Assembly (NCBI GenBank): GCA_004431415.1
Contig: QPMI01000005.1
Span: 434,001-498,000, forward strand
Reading direction: 5' to 3'
Origin: Cyanophora paradoxa CCMP329
Lineage: Eukaryota > Plantae > Glaucophyta
DNA: 64,000 nt
Shown: piece by piece, positions 46,400 through 59,300 of the stretch
Layout: every line of letters begins with the position of its first letter
Position numbering within the stretch: position 1 is the first letter of the stretch
Translations under genes and position numbers: made by a program
Notes under the pieces: model-generated
The model's input: the letters and a program-made list of their open reading frames with translations, nothing else
Database searches by the model: none
What the model was told of the DNA's origin: nothing

Positions 46400-49300
46400 A
46401 TGGTGTTGGGGAAGCTGAGGAAGGTTCGAACATCCCTCTCCGTGCGCGCACCGAAGTTTCATCTGCGCACCGCAGGCCCTCGCCAAGGCGTCGGCGAGAG
46501 GGCCGGATGCCCCCGACGACCGCTATGTCAACTACTTGACAAGCGTTGCCGATGAGAGAGGTCCGGCGTTCTGACTCGATGTGGTTTGCATGGACGCTCG
46601 GAGCTGCCGCTGAGCCTCGAACCGCCCGCAGCCTCTGATTGCTTTGCTCTCTTCGCGGAGCGAGCTCGGCATCCAGATCCGTTGTTCGTTCCCCGGCTCC
46701 CATGAGCGGCCGACTCGGTTGCGCTCGGAACTGACGATGTGGGCCTGCCCTTGTCCGCAGACGGGTCCTTAAAGTACTCGCCGTGTTGCATAGGGTGCTG
46801 AGATCGGATGCCGCGCCCCTCTTCGCTCAGGAAGTCTATCGTGCTTCTTCACCCTCCCGCCGTCCCCGCGTCCGCTGAGGCGATCGCAGAGAACCGGCGA
46901 GCGCTCCACGTAGCGTTCCGCACCGATGCATTCGCTCCCGCATCGCTCCACGAGCAGGCGTCCTTCGTCCGGTCCGGCGCCCTCTCGAACCGCTCCGACC
47001 GCGCCGCTGAATGCGGCGGCCGCGCGCGCAGAGCGTACGCCGAGTACCTCGAGGAGTACATTCTCTTCTCGAAGTGGTCGTCCATGTGGTCGCTGCCCCG
47101 CCTGGAGCCGAAGGAGGAGCCGCCGGCAGACCCGCGCGACGAGGGCGCTTACACGCTGCGGCAGCTCAAGGAGACGCCCCGCCTCCAGCGGTGCCCGATC
47201 CCGCGTCGCCACCCGCCCGCCCGCCCGGGCGCGCGCGACGGGGGCGGCGCAGGCTCTTCAACAAGTGCATCGTGTTCCGGCTGGGGGCGCAACTGCGCGG
47301 CGTGCGGGCGGCGGCGTACGCGCTGCAGCTGGTGGCGGAGGACGCGCGGTGCATCAACCGCGTACTCGCGGACCTCCTCAAGGCCTTCGTCGAGATGTAC
47401 CTCGGGTTCGAGGCCGAGGACGCCGCCAACGCCCGCGCCTTCCACGACTGGTACCGCGACGCCACCCGCGAGGTCCCCCCGCCCGCCCGCCCACCCCTTC
47501 TGCCCGCCGCCCTCGACCCCCGACCGCGCCGCCCGGGGCGCAGCTGAACGAGCTGTTCCGCGAGGCCGAGGCGGCCGGCATCCTGCAGCAGCGCATCTAC
47601 GTCCCCTGGACGGCGCGCCCGCCCGCGCCCCGCCGCCCCGCCCCCGTGCTGACGGGGCACGCCGGCAGCTCCCCGAGAATACGATGGCGGTGCTGGAGGA
47701 GCGGAGGACATCCGCCGACTCGGCGGAGGAGGGCGGCTGGACCCTCGTCGAGCCCGCCACGCCCCCACCCCCGCCACCGCGCTCCCCCTTCCTCGCCTCG
47801 CCCTCCGCTGGCCCCTCCCGCGCGCCCCTCGTCCCCCCCGCCGGCCCATCCGACGCCCGCTCCTCCGCCGCCGGCCCCTCCCGCGCCCCGGCAGAGATCC
47901 TCCTTGCGCCGCCGCCCTTCGTCGCGCGCGCCTCCCCCGCCGTCTCCCCGTTGCCGGGCGGCGGCGCGGCGGCGGCGATCCGGGTCTCCCCCGCCTCGTC
48001 GGTCTCGAGCGGGGCCGGCCTGAGCAGCCGCTACATCGGCGAGTCGAGCCGCCTCCTCTCCGCGGGGGCCGCGAGCCCCGCCGAGCACGCCCCCACGCCC
48101 CGCCCCCCGCCCCGGCCCCCGCCCCTCCACCGCCTCCCCCGCCGCCCGCCCGGCCGCGCCGCCCCTGGCGCCCATCCCGGCGCGGGCGCTGGCCCCGCTG
48201 CCCGAGGAGGCGGCCTCGCCGTACGGCCCCGGGGCCGGCCTGCAGCAGACATCGAGCATCCCCGCGAGCCCGCCGCAGCCCTCGTTCGCCTTCCCCGCCC
48301 GCGCCCGCTCCTCCGGGGCCCCGCCCCACGGCTGGCCCGCCCCCGCCGAGCCCACCGCCGGGGGCGGGGCCCCCACGCCGCCCCCCCTGGAGGCCGTCTA
48401 CAAGCTCCCCGCCGGGCCTCCGCCGAAGCCGCCTGCCGGGGGCTCTCCCAGCAAGGCCGGCGGGGAGGAGCCGCTGCCGGCGTACTGGGAGGAGCTGACG
48501 GCGCAGTTCCTGCGGCCGGCCTGCGAGTACCGGCTGGGGAAGCAGCTCGGCAAGGGGGCCTTCGGGGCGGTCTTCGAGGCGAGCCTGCCGGGGGAGGCGC
48601 GCCCCCGGGCGTACGCGATCAAGATGCAGCTCTGCACGCCCTGGGAGGTCGTCGACAACCTCTGGGAGGGCGTCGTCCTCTCCCAGGCGCCCGCCCCCGC
48701 CCCCGCCCCGTCCCCGCCCCCGCCCTGCGCTGCCTGACGACGCCGGCGCCCAGATCCGCCACCCCAACGTCGTCCAGGTCTACGACAACTTCTTCCTCAC
48801 CACCTCTGAGCTCGGTGCGCCGCCCGGCAGGGCCGCTCGGTACCTCCCCGTGCGACCCAGGCGGCGTGCCGGCGCAGGCTTCTCGTACAAGACGTGCCTC
48901 GTGATGGAGAAGTGCGACGGGACGGTGCGGGCGGGCCGGGCGGCTGCGCTGCGGGGCCGCGGCGCGCGCTCACGGGGGGGGCGGGCAGGTGCGGGAGCTG
49001 ATCTCGACGGTGGCGGCGACGCGGCCGCGGCGGCACCTGCCGGAGGCCGAGGTCCGCTCCCTCCTCGTCCAGCTCGCCGACATGGTCCGCCCCGCCTCGT
49101 CCCGCCCCGGCCCCGGTCCTGGCGGGGCTCGAGCGGCGCCGACGCGGCGCGGGGCAGCTCTCTTTCATCCACAGCACGCGCATCACGGCCTTCGACCGGC
49201 ACGGCAACCGCGTCGAGGGCTCCGTCATCCACCGCGACATGAAGGCGCGCCGCGCCCCCCGCCGCCCCGCCCCGCCCTGCTTCCCTCCGAGCGAACGGGG

Positions 49301-52300
49301 CGGGGGGCAGCCGGAGAATTTGTTCATGGTGCGGCGGGGGGGGCGGATCATCCTGAAGCAGGGCGACTTCGGCATCTCCCGCATCCTCACGCAGAAGGAC
49401 GTCTCCACCAAGGCCCGCCGCCCCCGCGCCTCCGCCACTCCCGCGCGCGAGCGCGCGAGCGGGTGCCCTCCCGCAGATCGGCTCGATCATGTTCATGGCG
49501 CCGGAGGTCTTCCGGGGCGCCAAGTACGACTCCAAGGCAGGCGCAGCCCCCGGCCCTCCCTCGCCCCGCTGACCGGCGCGCCGCCCGCAGGCCGACATGT
49601 TCGGCCTCGGCGCCATCCTCTACTCCCTCTGCGCCCTCACCGAGCACAACTTCGTGCGCCGCGCCCCGCGGGGGCCCCCGGCGCGCCGCCCCCGACGCCT
49701 GCGGGGCAGACCTTCTGGTGCGGGGCGGACGACTTCGACCCGCACAAATTCGAGCCGGCGGTCGGCGACGTGCGCCGGGGGACGGGCCCCCGCCCCCGCC
49801 TCGAAGCCGGCTCGCTGAGGGGGCGGGGGGCGCGCGGGGGCAGATCAAGACGGAGAAGGGGGCGGCGGCGTACAGCCGAGAGCTCTCCGAGCTCATCTAC
49901 GCCCTCCTCGACCGCCTCCCCGAGAAGTGCCCCCCGCCCCGGATGCCCTGCCTCCCCTTGGGCCCGACCCTGGCGGCAGGCGCCCGTCGGCGGCGGAGAT
50001 CCTGGAGCTCGCCTGGCTCGCACCCGACGTGCGGGCCTCCCGCCTGCCCCGCGACGACGTGCGGCCGCCCCCGCACCCCCCCCGCCCCCCACACCCCCAC
50101 CCTCCCCCCCCCCCCCCCCCCCACCCCACCCACCCCTTTCCGCTCCCCCCACCCCCACCCCCCGCACCCCTTTCCACCCCTCCCCCGCACGGGCTGACTG
50201 TACCCCCCGAGCAGCAGGCGCCGGAGACGATCGTGATCCGGGAGAACCCCATCGCCGACGCCATGCTCCACGACCGGCGCGCCCGCCCCCGAGCGCCCCC
50301 GCCGCCCCGCCGCGCGCCCCCACTGACGCCGCCCCCCCGCAGCCTCCTCAAGCGCCTGCTGAAGCGCAGCAGCTCGTGGAACGGGAAGGCCACGCCCAAG
50401 GTGCCGCGGCCCGAGCAGGCGCCGCGGCCCGGGCCGACGCGTGCGCAGGTGCGGGTGCCGCGGGAGAGCGACGAGGAGAGCAGCAGCGGCGGGGAGGGCG
50501 GGTCGGACGGGGCGTGGGAGGAGGCGGAGGCGGAGGCGGCGGAGGCGACGGAGGCGGGCGCCACAGGGGCCTGGGGCGCCCTGACGACGCTCTCGGAGGA
50601 CGCGGAGTGCGAGTCGGCGCTCGCCGCCGGCCTCGAGTGCTCCTCCATCTGCGAGCGGCCCGCCCCGCCGCCCGCCCCCGACGAGGGCTCCCTGCGCGCC
50701 GGCCGCGGCGCCGGCCTCACGCCGCCCGGGCGCGGCGGCTCGCTGCGCCGCACCGACCGCTCCAACTCCTTCCCGAGCCCCGGCGCGCTCTCAGAGGGCG
50801 GGCCCTCGCCGGCCCCGCAGCGCCCCCGCAGCTACTCCTCCCACGCCGCCACGACTCCCACAGGCGGCGCCCCGGCGGCCGCCGCCCAGCAGGCCGGCGG
50901 CTCGAGCCACAAGCGCGAGGCCCCGGCGTGGAAGCGCCGGAGGAAAGCACCGGCCGCCGTCGTCTCGTACAGGCGCGCTCCCGCGCCCCGCCCCGCCGCG
51001 CGGCGGGCTGCGAGGGCGGGGGCGAGCGGGGGCGGGGGCGCAGCCTGAAGGCGCTCCTGCTGGCGAACGTGGACTCGCTCGCCCCGACGCGCCGCCCCCG
51101 CCGCCCCAAGAACACCGGCATCCGTGCGCCCGCGCCCCGGCCCCGCCACGGCGCCCCCTCCGGGGCAGCTCACGCGGGCGGCGCAGAGCCGTCGGCGACG
51201 ATCACGGAGGGCATCCACGACCGCCTCACCCGCCCCGACGACCCCGACGCCCCCGGCACCGTCCCCCGGTGCCCGCGCCCCCGCCGCCTCCCCGCCCTGA
51301 GCCGCCCTGAGCCGCCGCCTTGCCTCCTCCCAGGCGGAGCATCACGTTCGACAACATCGCCCGTGCGTCGGGGCCGGCCGCCCGCGCCGCGCGCCGCTGA
51401 GGGGCCCCCGGCAGAGCTCTCACGGACGTCGGGCGGGGGCCTGGAGGAGGGCCGCCGCCTCCCCTCAGCCGCCTCCGCCTCCTCCTCCTCCGCCTACGGC
51501 GACATCCTCCCCCCCGCCCCCTCCGCCGCCCCCTCCGCCTACTCCGCCGCCTCCCCGCACGCGGGGGCCCCCGGGGCGGGCCGCGCGGCCGCCTCCCCCA
51601 CCTCCTCGTCCTCCTCCTCCTCCCGCCCGGCCGCCGGCCCCTCCGGCTCGCAGCTCCCCGCCCCACGCCTCACCTGGGACAGCAGGGGCTACTCCCTCGC
51701 CGCCCCCGCCCCCTCCGCCTCCCGCTCCGCCGGCCGCGACACCCCCGAGGTTTGCATCGTCTCCCTAGCCTCCACATCGTCCCGCGCCCGATGCGCCCGC
51801 TCCCCCCGCAGGGGTACGCGTACAGCGGCTCGGAGGATGGCAGCGCCGCGGACGAGAACGTCCTCATCAGCCTGGTACCCCGTCCCTTCTCCTTACCCCC
51901 GAACTGTCCCCCCCGCCCTCCCCCGCCCCCTGGGTATGTAGGCTCGCCCCCAGGTCCCCCGGATCCACGAGGCCTTTCCCGACCGCTTCGAGGACGCCGA
52001 GGCGTGTACCCGTCCCTTGGCCCCTCGACGTACCCCCGCTGAGCCCTTGCTCCCCTCGCGCAGGTGGTGGACGCGCTGCGGTCGGCGGGGTACGACATCA
52101 ACTCGGCGGTGATCATGCTGCTCTCGGCGACCGCTGCCCGCTCCTACGGCGCGCCCGCCCGCCCACCCACGCGGCGCCCCGGCCCTCCGCTGCGCGCGGT
52201 AACCCCGGCGGCGGCAGACCCCGAGCGGAAGCGGCGGCGCAAGTGCGCGCGCTGCGGGGCGCAGTTCACGCGCGAGTCGAACAGGCCCGGCGCCTGCAAC

Positions 52301-53080
52301 CACACGGGCACCGTGCGGCCCTCCCCCGCCCCGCTGCCCGCCTCGCGAGCCGTGGGCCCACGCGGGGCCCCGGCGGGGCGGGGCAGTGGCACGTGCAGTG
52401 GTCGGAGTGCTCGTCTGCGTGCAAGGGCGTGCGGATACGGGAGCGGCCCAAGGCGGGGAGTACGGGCGCCCCCACTGGTCCTGCTGCCTCGCCACGTGCG
52501 CCCCCCCGCCGGCCCGCCCCGACCGCCGCCCTCGCCTCCCGGCGCGCCGTCCGAGCGGCGCCGGCGCTTGCGCAGGGACATCGGGGCGCACTGCTCCAAG
52601 TCGCCGCCGCACAGCGAGCAGGCGCGCTGCGCCGTCTGCGCCGCCGTCTACTTCGTCGAGGCGCGCCTCGCGATCGCCCCCCGCCGCCCGCCCGGAACGC
52701 GCCGCCGAACCCCCGCGGGGCGCAGGAGAACGGGGCGGGCCAGTGCAAGCACGCGGGGCACGTCTCCAAGAACCTCTTCGGGCGCCTCCAGGTGGGCCCC
52801 GGCCCCCGCGCCCCGCGCCCCGCGCCCCGCGCCCCGCGCCCGTCGGGCGAGCCCGGGGCCCGCGCAGTGGTCCTGCTGCCACCAGAGCGCGGAGAAGGGC
52901 CTGCGGGGGCCCGCCGACTCGGGCTCCTCCCCGCTGGGCCCCCTCCTCGCCGCGCTCTCCCACGCCTCCTCCCACTGCTCCGCCGCCTCGTCGCCCTCGC
53001 CTCGCAGCGAGCGCCCCGCCGAGCGCGGCGGCGTCTGCCCCAAGTCCAAGCCCCACGTCCCCCTTCTGCCCCCGCGCTAG
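46400..53080 (+). CDS. Multidomain protein: ANTH, Pro-rich linker, Ser/Thr kinase (NEK-like), low-complexity region, CUE, two CHORD-like Cys/His modules
   Basis: ANTH: ALAKASARGPDAPDDRYV, RVLKVLAVLHRVLRS, ASFVRAYAEYLEE, LKETPRLQRL. Kinase: LGKGAFGAV, AIK, HPNVV, IHRDMKPENL, GDFGISR, FMAPE, ADMFGLG, RPSAAEIL. CUE: EAFPDRFEDAEVVDALRSAGYDINSAVIMLL. Zn modules: CARC...N...CNHTG...WSCC twice. Apparent frameshifts near 48100 and 52455. Confidence 0.7.
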
Positions 53081-54686
53081 CCCAGCCGGGGGCCACCGCG
53101 AGCCGCTCCCCCGCGCCCCCCGCTCCGGATTCGTATCCTCCCAGCCCGACGGCTTCGAATTCCATGCCTGTGGTTCCACCCGCCGCACGCGCCATCACGG
53201 CGTGCCGCGGCGGTCTCGCGTTCCTGACCTCGCCATTTTCCAAGTTTGACTCCCAAGCCACGAGCAGCGTCGACTAGCGCTCCGTAGAGAGCGATCACAT
53301 CCCCCTTTAATCCCCTTTTTTAGTCGCATGCATGTGAACGGTAATAATTGAATCCATTTTTTCGAACTCGTTTTCCGAAAACTTTGAAATGCATCTCGAG
53401 CCAGCTGCGCATGCAGGCCCCCCAGCCTCCCAGCCTGTGCGACTGTCCCCCAGCCGACTCCCAGCCGAGTTCCAGACCGACTCGGCGAATCCTGGCCGAC
53501 TCCGAGGCTACGTATATACCTACCCCGTTTCATTCCGGCGTTTCATTCATTCAGAGCCGAGGCCGCCGCGGCCGGCGTTCTAACACAATAGCTATGATCA
53601 TGATAATTTATTTCGCCGATCGAGTCGACGTACGCATCGACGTCGACGTCGCGCGGCGGTCGAATTCTCTTCTGCTTTGGGGCTGCATGGGCCCCGGCCC
53701 CGGCCCACCTCTCGAGACCATTCACAGATTGGTTCCCGGAGTAGTCCCTCGCCCTGCAGGGCCTCGCCCCTCTGCCTTTGAAATTGTTTTTGCCTTCAAC
53801 CTGGTTGCCTTTTTTTTTGCCTAGATACCGTAGTACTGTGATAGAAACGGGGGTGGGGTGGGGTGGGGGGGAGGGGGGGCGCGGGCGCGGGCGCGGGCGC
53901 GGGCGGGGCCGCTCATACGCCGGCCTAGGACCTCACGGCGGCGACGGGAGCGGGGGAAGATCAAGCTGGTGGAGACCCGAACGCGGCGTCGGCAGGGCTT
54001 CCTCGGAGCTCCGGCGGCAGTCGGCGGCTCATCTTGTACCCCGATATATCGATTCATGATCAAGACAGAAAGTGCTCTAATTAATATTTAGCTTTATATA
54101 TATAATTAGAGCGTAGTGCGTCAGAAAAATCCGCGTCTCCTATCTCGAGCACTGCGGCAGTCCCGGGTCCGTCGCGCAATTGCAATTGCAAGTGCGGGCT
54201 GCCAGTTGATCATGAGTTTAAATATACGTATATATACCGTAGTACTACTACGGTACTTGCGCTTTTGATAAATGCATTTGATCAGTGTGTTTCGATTTCG
54301 AATTCCGGATCCAGACGTCGACGTGGCTCGATTCTGCGGCGGCAGCCGTATATATATATACGCGTATGCTGAACCGCTACCTTGAAATTCGGTCTTCTAG
54401 ATGATATAGATCTAGACACACTAGCATTTGATCGAGATCGATGGCGCTGATTGAATGCGCACTTGTGCGGATCGAATTATATACTGTCAGAGCTTTAACA
54501 CGTGCACGGAGCTTACAGGGCGCGGAGGTGGACCCCAGGGGTACAGTATCGGAGCGCCTCAGTCCGCAGAAGCGGCCGGCCGCGGCAGCGGCGGGATCGA
54601 GGGGCGGGGGCGGGGACTCGAGGTTCGGGGTCGGGGGCGGGCGGGGGCGGGGCGGCGGGGCCCGGGCGGCGGGCGGGGCGCCGGGG

Positions 54687-55384
54687 TCACCGGCCGTCGA
54701 GGAGGAGCTCGGTGGCGGCGCCCAGGTCGCCCCCGGCCCGCCGCAGCGCCTCCATCGCCGCCGCCCGCGAGAAGCCCTGCCCGGTAGTACCGTAAGCCGG
54801 GCCGGGAGAGCGGGGTTTTGGGGTACGCGCCATGCTCTCCAGGGTGGCGACGTCCTCCTCGCGAGGGGGGGCGGGCGCCTGGGGTGCGCCCATCTGCGGC
54901 GCGTGAGGGGTACTCGGAAGGCCTGGGGGGTACGGGGCGCACGGGCATGGCGGGCCCAGCTCGGCGGCCGGGCCCGAGGAGGGTGTCGAAGTTGCCCTGG
55001 GTACCGTGCTGGGGCGGCGGTCGGCGGGGGGCGCGGAAAGCGGGGGTGGGGGTGGAGGGGGGGGGGGGGGGGGGGGTTGGAAGGCGCGCACAGGGTCGGC
55101 CCCCGGCGGGGCCTGCGGCTGGAGGCCCGGGGCGGTCGTCACACGAGTGGCGGAGGTCTCGGTCGCCAGCAGGGGTAGGAGGTACTTGGTGCAGAGGCGG
55201 ACGAGCGGGCCGGGGAACTCGACTCGCCGGAGCCTGCGGGGGCGTGAGCGGGGCGGGGCGGGGCGCCCAGGCGCGCCGGCACCGGAGGCCCTCGGAGCGG
55301 TACACGCAGCCGGCGGCGATGCCGCAGACGGCGCCCAGAAGCGACGCCGGGAAGCTCGAGAAGACGAGCTGCGCGCCAGCTTGA

Positions 55385-55420
<36 letters not shown>

Positions 55421-56141
55421 TGCGCGGGGCGGGGCGGGGCGGGGCGGGGCGGGGCGGGGCGCGCCTGGGCGGCCATGAGGTACGTGAAGGACTTGTCGCT
55501 GAGCGTGACGGCGCCGGCCACGCGGAAGCGGTACGTCACGGGGATCTCCGCGAAGAACTGCACGAGCGCCCCGAAGAGGATCCCGTAGCTGCGCCCCGGC
55601 GCCCCGGTCGGCGGGGCGGCGCCGCGGCGGCGGCGGCGGCAGCGGGCGGGCGGGTCGCGCACGGGCCGGAGACGGCGATGCGGAAGGAGCGGAAGGGGAC
55701 GAGGACGACGAGCTGGAGCCTGCGGCGGGCGGGTCGGCGGCGCGGCGGATCCGCGCGGGCGCCCCGGCGACCCGCGCACAGCGTGCTGACGCCGGCGAAG
55801 ATGGAGACCATCGCCGCGTACTTGGAGCTGCCCATCTGGCGCTCGAAGATGCGGAAGTAGTAGAGGAGAAGCATTCCGAAGAGCAGCTCGCCGGGGCTAA
55901 GGAAGAGCCAGTTGTGTGTGAACTGCAGGGCGGGTCACACTGTGACAGGCGCGCGGGAAGACGTGCGGTCAGGTCGGACCAGGCGCCATAGCTGGAACTT
56001 CTGCATGAGTTGCCGCACGTCGAGCGACAGCACATACCGCGCGTTGAGCAGCGATGAGACGACGGACGTGCCTCCGCATAGCAGCAACAGCGCCTTCGTA
56101 ACCGGCGCGTTCGAGAAGCCCGACGGGCCCGAGTGCAACAT
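54687..56141 (-). CDS. UBAC2: Rhomboid-like pseudoprotease with C-terminal UBA (UBAC2/Dsc2/RBL20-like)
   Basis: GPSGFSNAPVTKAL, QLWRL, YYFRIFERQMGSSKY, SGPYG, LSDKSFTYLMAAQL; UBA EEDVATLESMGFSRAAAMEALRRAGGDLGAATELLL. Confidence 0.88.
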
Positions 56142-56316
56142 GCCGCGAAGCTGCTGCCAAGTGCCACGCCCGACTTTGCGGGGTACAGGCTTTTCGGGGG
56201 GCGGGCGCTCGTCACACACACCGTGGCACAGCGCCGCGGGGTAGTCACTAAGTCATATTTGATGCAATCGCTGAATGCAATAACATGCATGAATGCACAT
56301 GCCGAGGCCAACTAAA

Positions 56317-59300
56317 CTACGCGTCGGCTCGGTCCCACCGGCCCGAGGCGTCCTGCACCGCGAGCTCGTTCTCCTCGCGGGCGCCCTCCGTCGACGTCTC
56401 CTCGGCGCGCGGCTCCTCCGCCCGCGCCCTCGAGCTCGGGGCCGGGCCCTCCTCGTGCTCCGCGCCCCCCTCCGGATCGGGGTCCAGGCCGACGGCGCCT
56501 GGGGGGAAGGCGCGGCGCAGGCTGGCGCTCGCCACGGGGGCGCGCCGGCTGCGATCCGAGCCCGCGGGGGAGCCGCCGTACAGCGGGTGGAACGAGACGG
56601 GCACGCGCCCCGCCGGCCGGTACGCGAAGTCGGCCACGTCGTCGATCGCGACAGCCGCGGGCGAGGGTGCCGCGCCGTCCGCGCCCGGCCCCTGCAGCGA
56701 GCTCGACCCGACCTGGACGCGCACGCAGGTCGGCCGGCCGCGCGCAGGGGGCGGCGGGGGCGGCGCGGGCTTCTTCGGGGGAGAGGGAGGGGCTCACACG
56801 CGAGGCGGACTCCGGCAGGGTCGAGAGGGAGGCGACTCGGCGAGAGACGGGGTGCGCGAGCGCGTGCGGGTGCACGTGCGGCTGCCGCCCGACGGCCACG
56901 GCCGCCGGCTCGAGCTCGACGGGCACAACCATCCGCTTCCCCGGACCCTGCGCCCGCTTCAGGCGAGCCGCGCCGCCGGTGGAGGCGGGGCGCAGGCACC
57001 GCGAGCGCCGCGGCCATCGCCGCCGCCGCCGCCGCCGCCGCGGAGTGAGAGGCGGCGGCCGCGCGGAGCTCGGGGGACCGGTCGCGGGGGCCGGCGGCGC
57101 CCCGCGCGCTCGCCCCGGGGCCGCCAGGGCCCGGCCCCCCGTTCAGCACCGCCCCACCGCGCGACTTCTGCGGACCGGGGGCGGACTTCGGCATCCTCGC
57201 CGCCGCCGTCGACGGCGCGGGCGCCCCGTCGCACCTCGGATGGATGGTCGTGGGCCGGGGAGGCCGAGGGCGGCGGGCCGGCGGCGGCGGGGCGGGGCCC
57301 GGGCCCAGCAGGGCGTCCCGCAGCTCCAGCACCGCCGCCCGCACCTCGCGCACCTGCGCGGCGCGTCGAGGCCCGCGCCGGACCGTCCGCCGCCTTCCGC
57401 CCCCGGCCGCACCTCGGCCTCGATGGCGGCGACGCGGGGCACGACGGCGAGGACCTCCTCCATCGCGTCCCCCGCTGCACCGTCGAGCGCGCTCGACGCC
57501 GCGCGGACGGGGCGGGCCGGGGCGGGGCGGGGCGGGCGCACGGGAGATGGAGGCGTGCTCGACGAAGTCGTGCCACGCCCGCCGCGCCACCTTGAAGCCC
57601 TGCGGCCGCCCCCGCCCGCCCCCGCTCGGCCCCTCGCCTCGACCTCGGAGGGCGGGCGGGCGGGGCTCGCGGCGCGCCTGCACGGCCGCCCGCAGCTCGC
57701 GGGCCCCGATGATCTCCGCGCGCCGCCCCCCGGCTTCCCCTTCGCCTCCCCGCCGCCGCCTCCCGCCCCGGGCCCGCCCCCCCGCCGGCGATGCCGGCCG
57801 CGCCTCCTCCCCCGCCTCCCCCTCCCGCCCCTTTGCCGCCGCCTGCGACGGGGCGAGGCGTCGGTCGGCCGAGCGGGCTCGAGCGGCGCACGCGCCGACG
57901 CCTGGAGGCCGGGCGGACCTCGGCCCTCGCCCTTTCGCGCGCGAGGCGCCGCCGGTGCATGCGCCAGAGCCGCTGCACGCAGCTCACCGCCGAGTTCCGG
58001 TACTCCTGCCGGCAGGGAGGGAAGGTAAACAGGAGGGGGTACGGCGGCTCACGAGCGGGCCGCGGACCCGCTGGAGCCTCGCGAGGCGGAGGGTGTCAAG
58101 TACGCGGCTCTCGGGCTTCGTCAGGCGAAGGTTCTCCTGAACCACTGCGCCGAAAGGGCGTCAGGGGGGTACGGTGCAGGCGGAGGGCGAGCGCGACTTC
58201 GCACCCGTGATGAGGAGGGCGGTGGTGCAGAGGCCGAAGAAGACGGAGATCGCGACGACGGTCCGACCGGGGTACGTGTGCGGGATGACGTCTGCGGGGG
58301 TTGAGAAGGTGAGGGGGGAGGGGGGGACGGGGAAGGGGGTACGGCACCGCCGAAGCCAACGGTCGTGAGTGCGATGTAGAGGTTCCAAAGCCCCGCGCTG
58401 CAGGACGGGGTTCGGTTCCGGGCGGCAGGGTTGTCTCTCAACTGGGGCTGCACCTGTACTTGTACCCCGGGTTCGCAGCGCGCTCGCAGAGCGTCAGGGC
58501 GTACGCGGACATCACGAGGTTGAAGACCGTCATGCAGGATCTGCGTGCGGACTCGAACCGGAGTCCAATGGCGAGGGGAGATAAAGAGAGGGGGTACAGG
58601 ACGAGGAGGGGCCGGCGCTCCAGGTGGGCCTTCAGCGCAAAGAAGAGGGACGCCTCGCAGCCGTTCATGTTGCACAGGAAGCGCCCGCCCTTCCGGGGGG
58701 GAAGAGGTCAGAGGGGGGTACAGCGCCGCGAATTCCGAGAGCCCGTACCCCCTGGCAGATGGCGTGGTGGTCCCGGAAGGAGCGCAGCACGAGGTACAGC
58801 TTTAGGTAGAGCGTCTGAACGCGTACCCCGCTCGAGCGCGGCGGGGTACGTGTGCGCCGAGGCAGGAGGTGCCGCACCAGCCCCAGCATGGCCTCCGTGT
58901 AGGCGTACGGCTGCCCGTCCGTGTCCTGCGGGGTACACTGAGAGGAGAGTTGTGCCGGGGCCGGGGGACCGCTCGCCTCGACCCACAGCTCGAAGTGTAC
59001 CCCCGGGGGCGTGTGCCCTGCCGGCGAGAGGGAGTTGGCCGGAGGGGGGGTACAGGCATGAGGGTGCAGGGGATACAGGCGCAGAGGAAGGCTTCGAAGA
59101 GGAATCCCCGGAACATGCCCGAGGACCACAGCGTGTCCGAGTACGGAAGCTGGCCCGCGATCTGGCAGGGGGGTACACGCACGCTTCAGGGAGGGGGGTA
59201 CGGACGGAAGCCGCAAGGGGGTACCGACCTTCATCGCGTGGACCTCCAGCTCGTAGGATTTGTACAGGCTGGTGGGCCCCGGGGCGTCGGGGGTACGACG

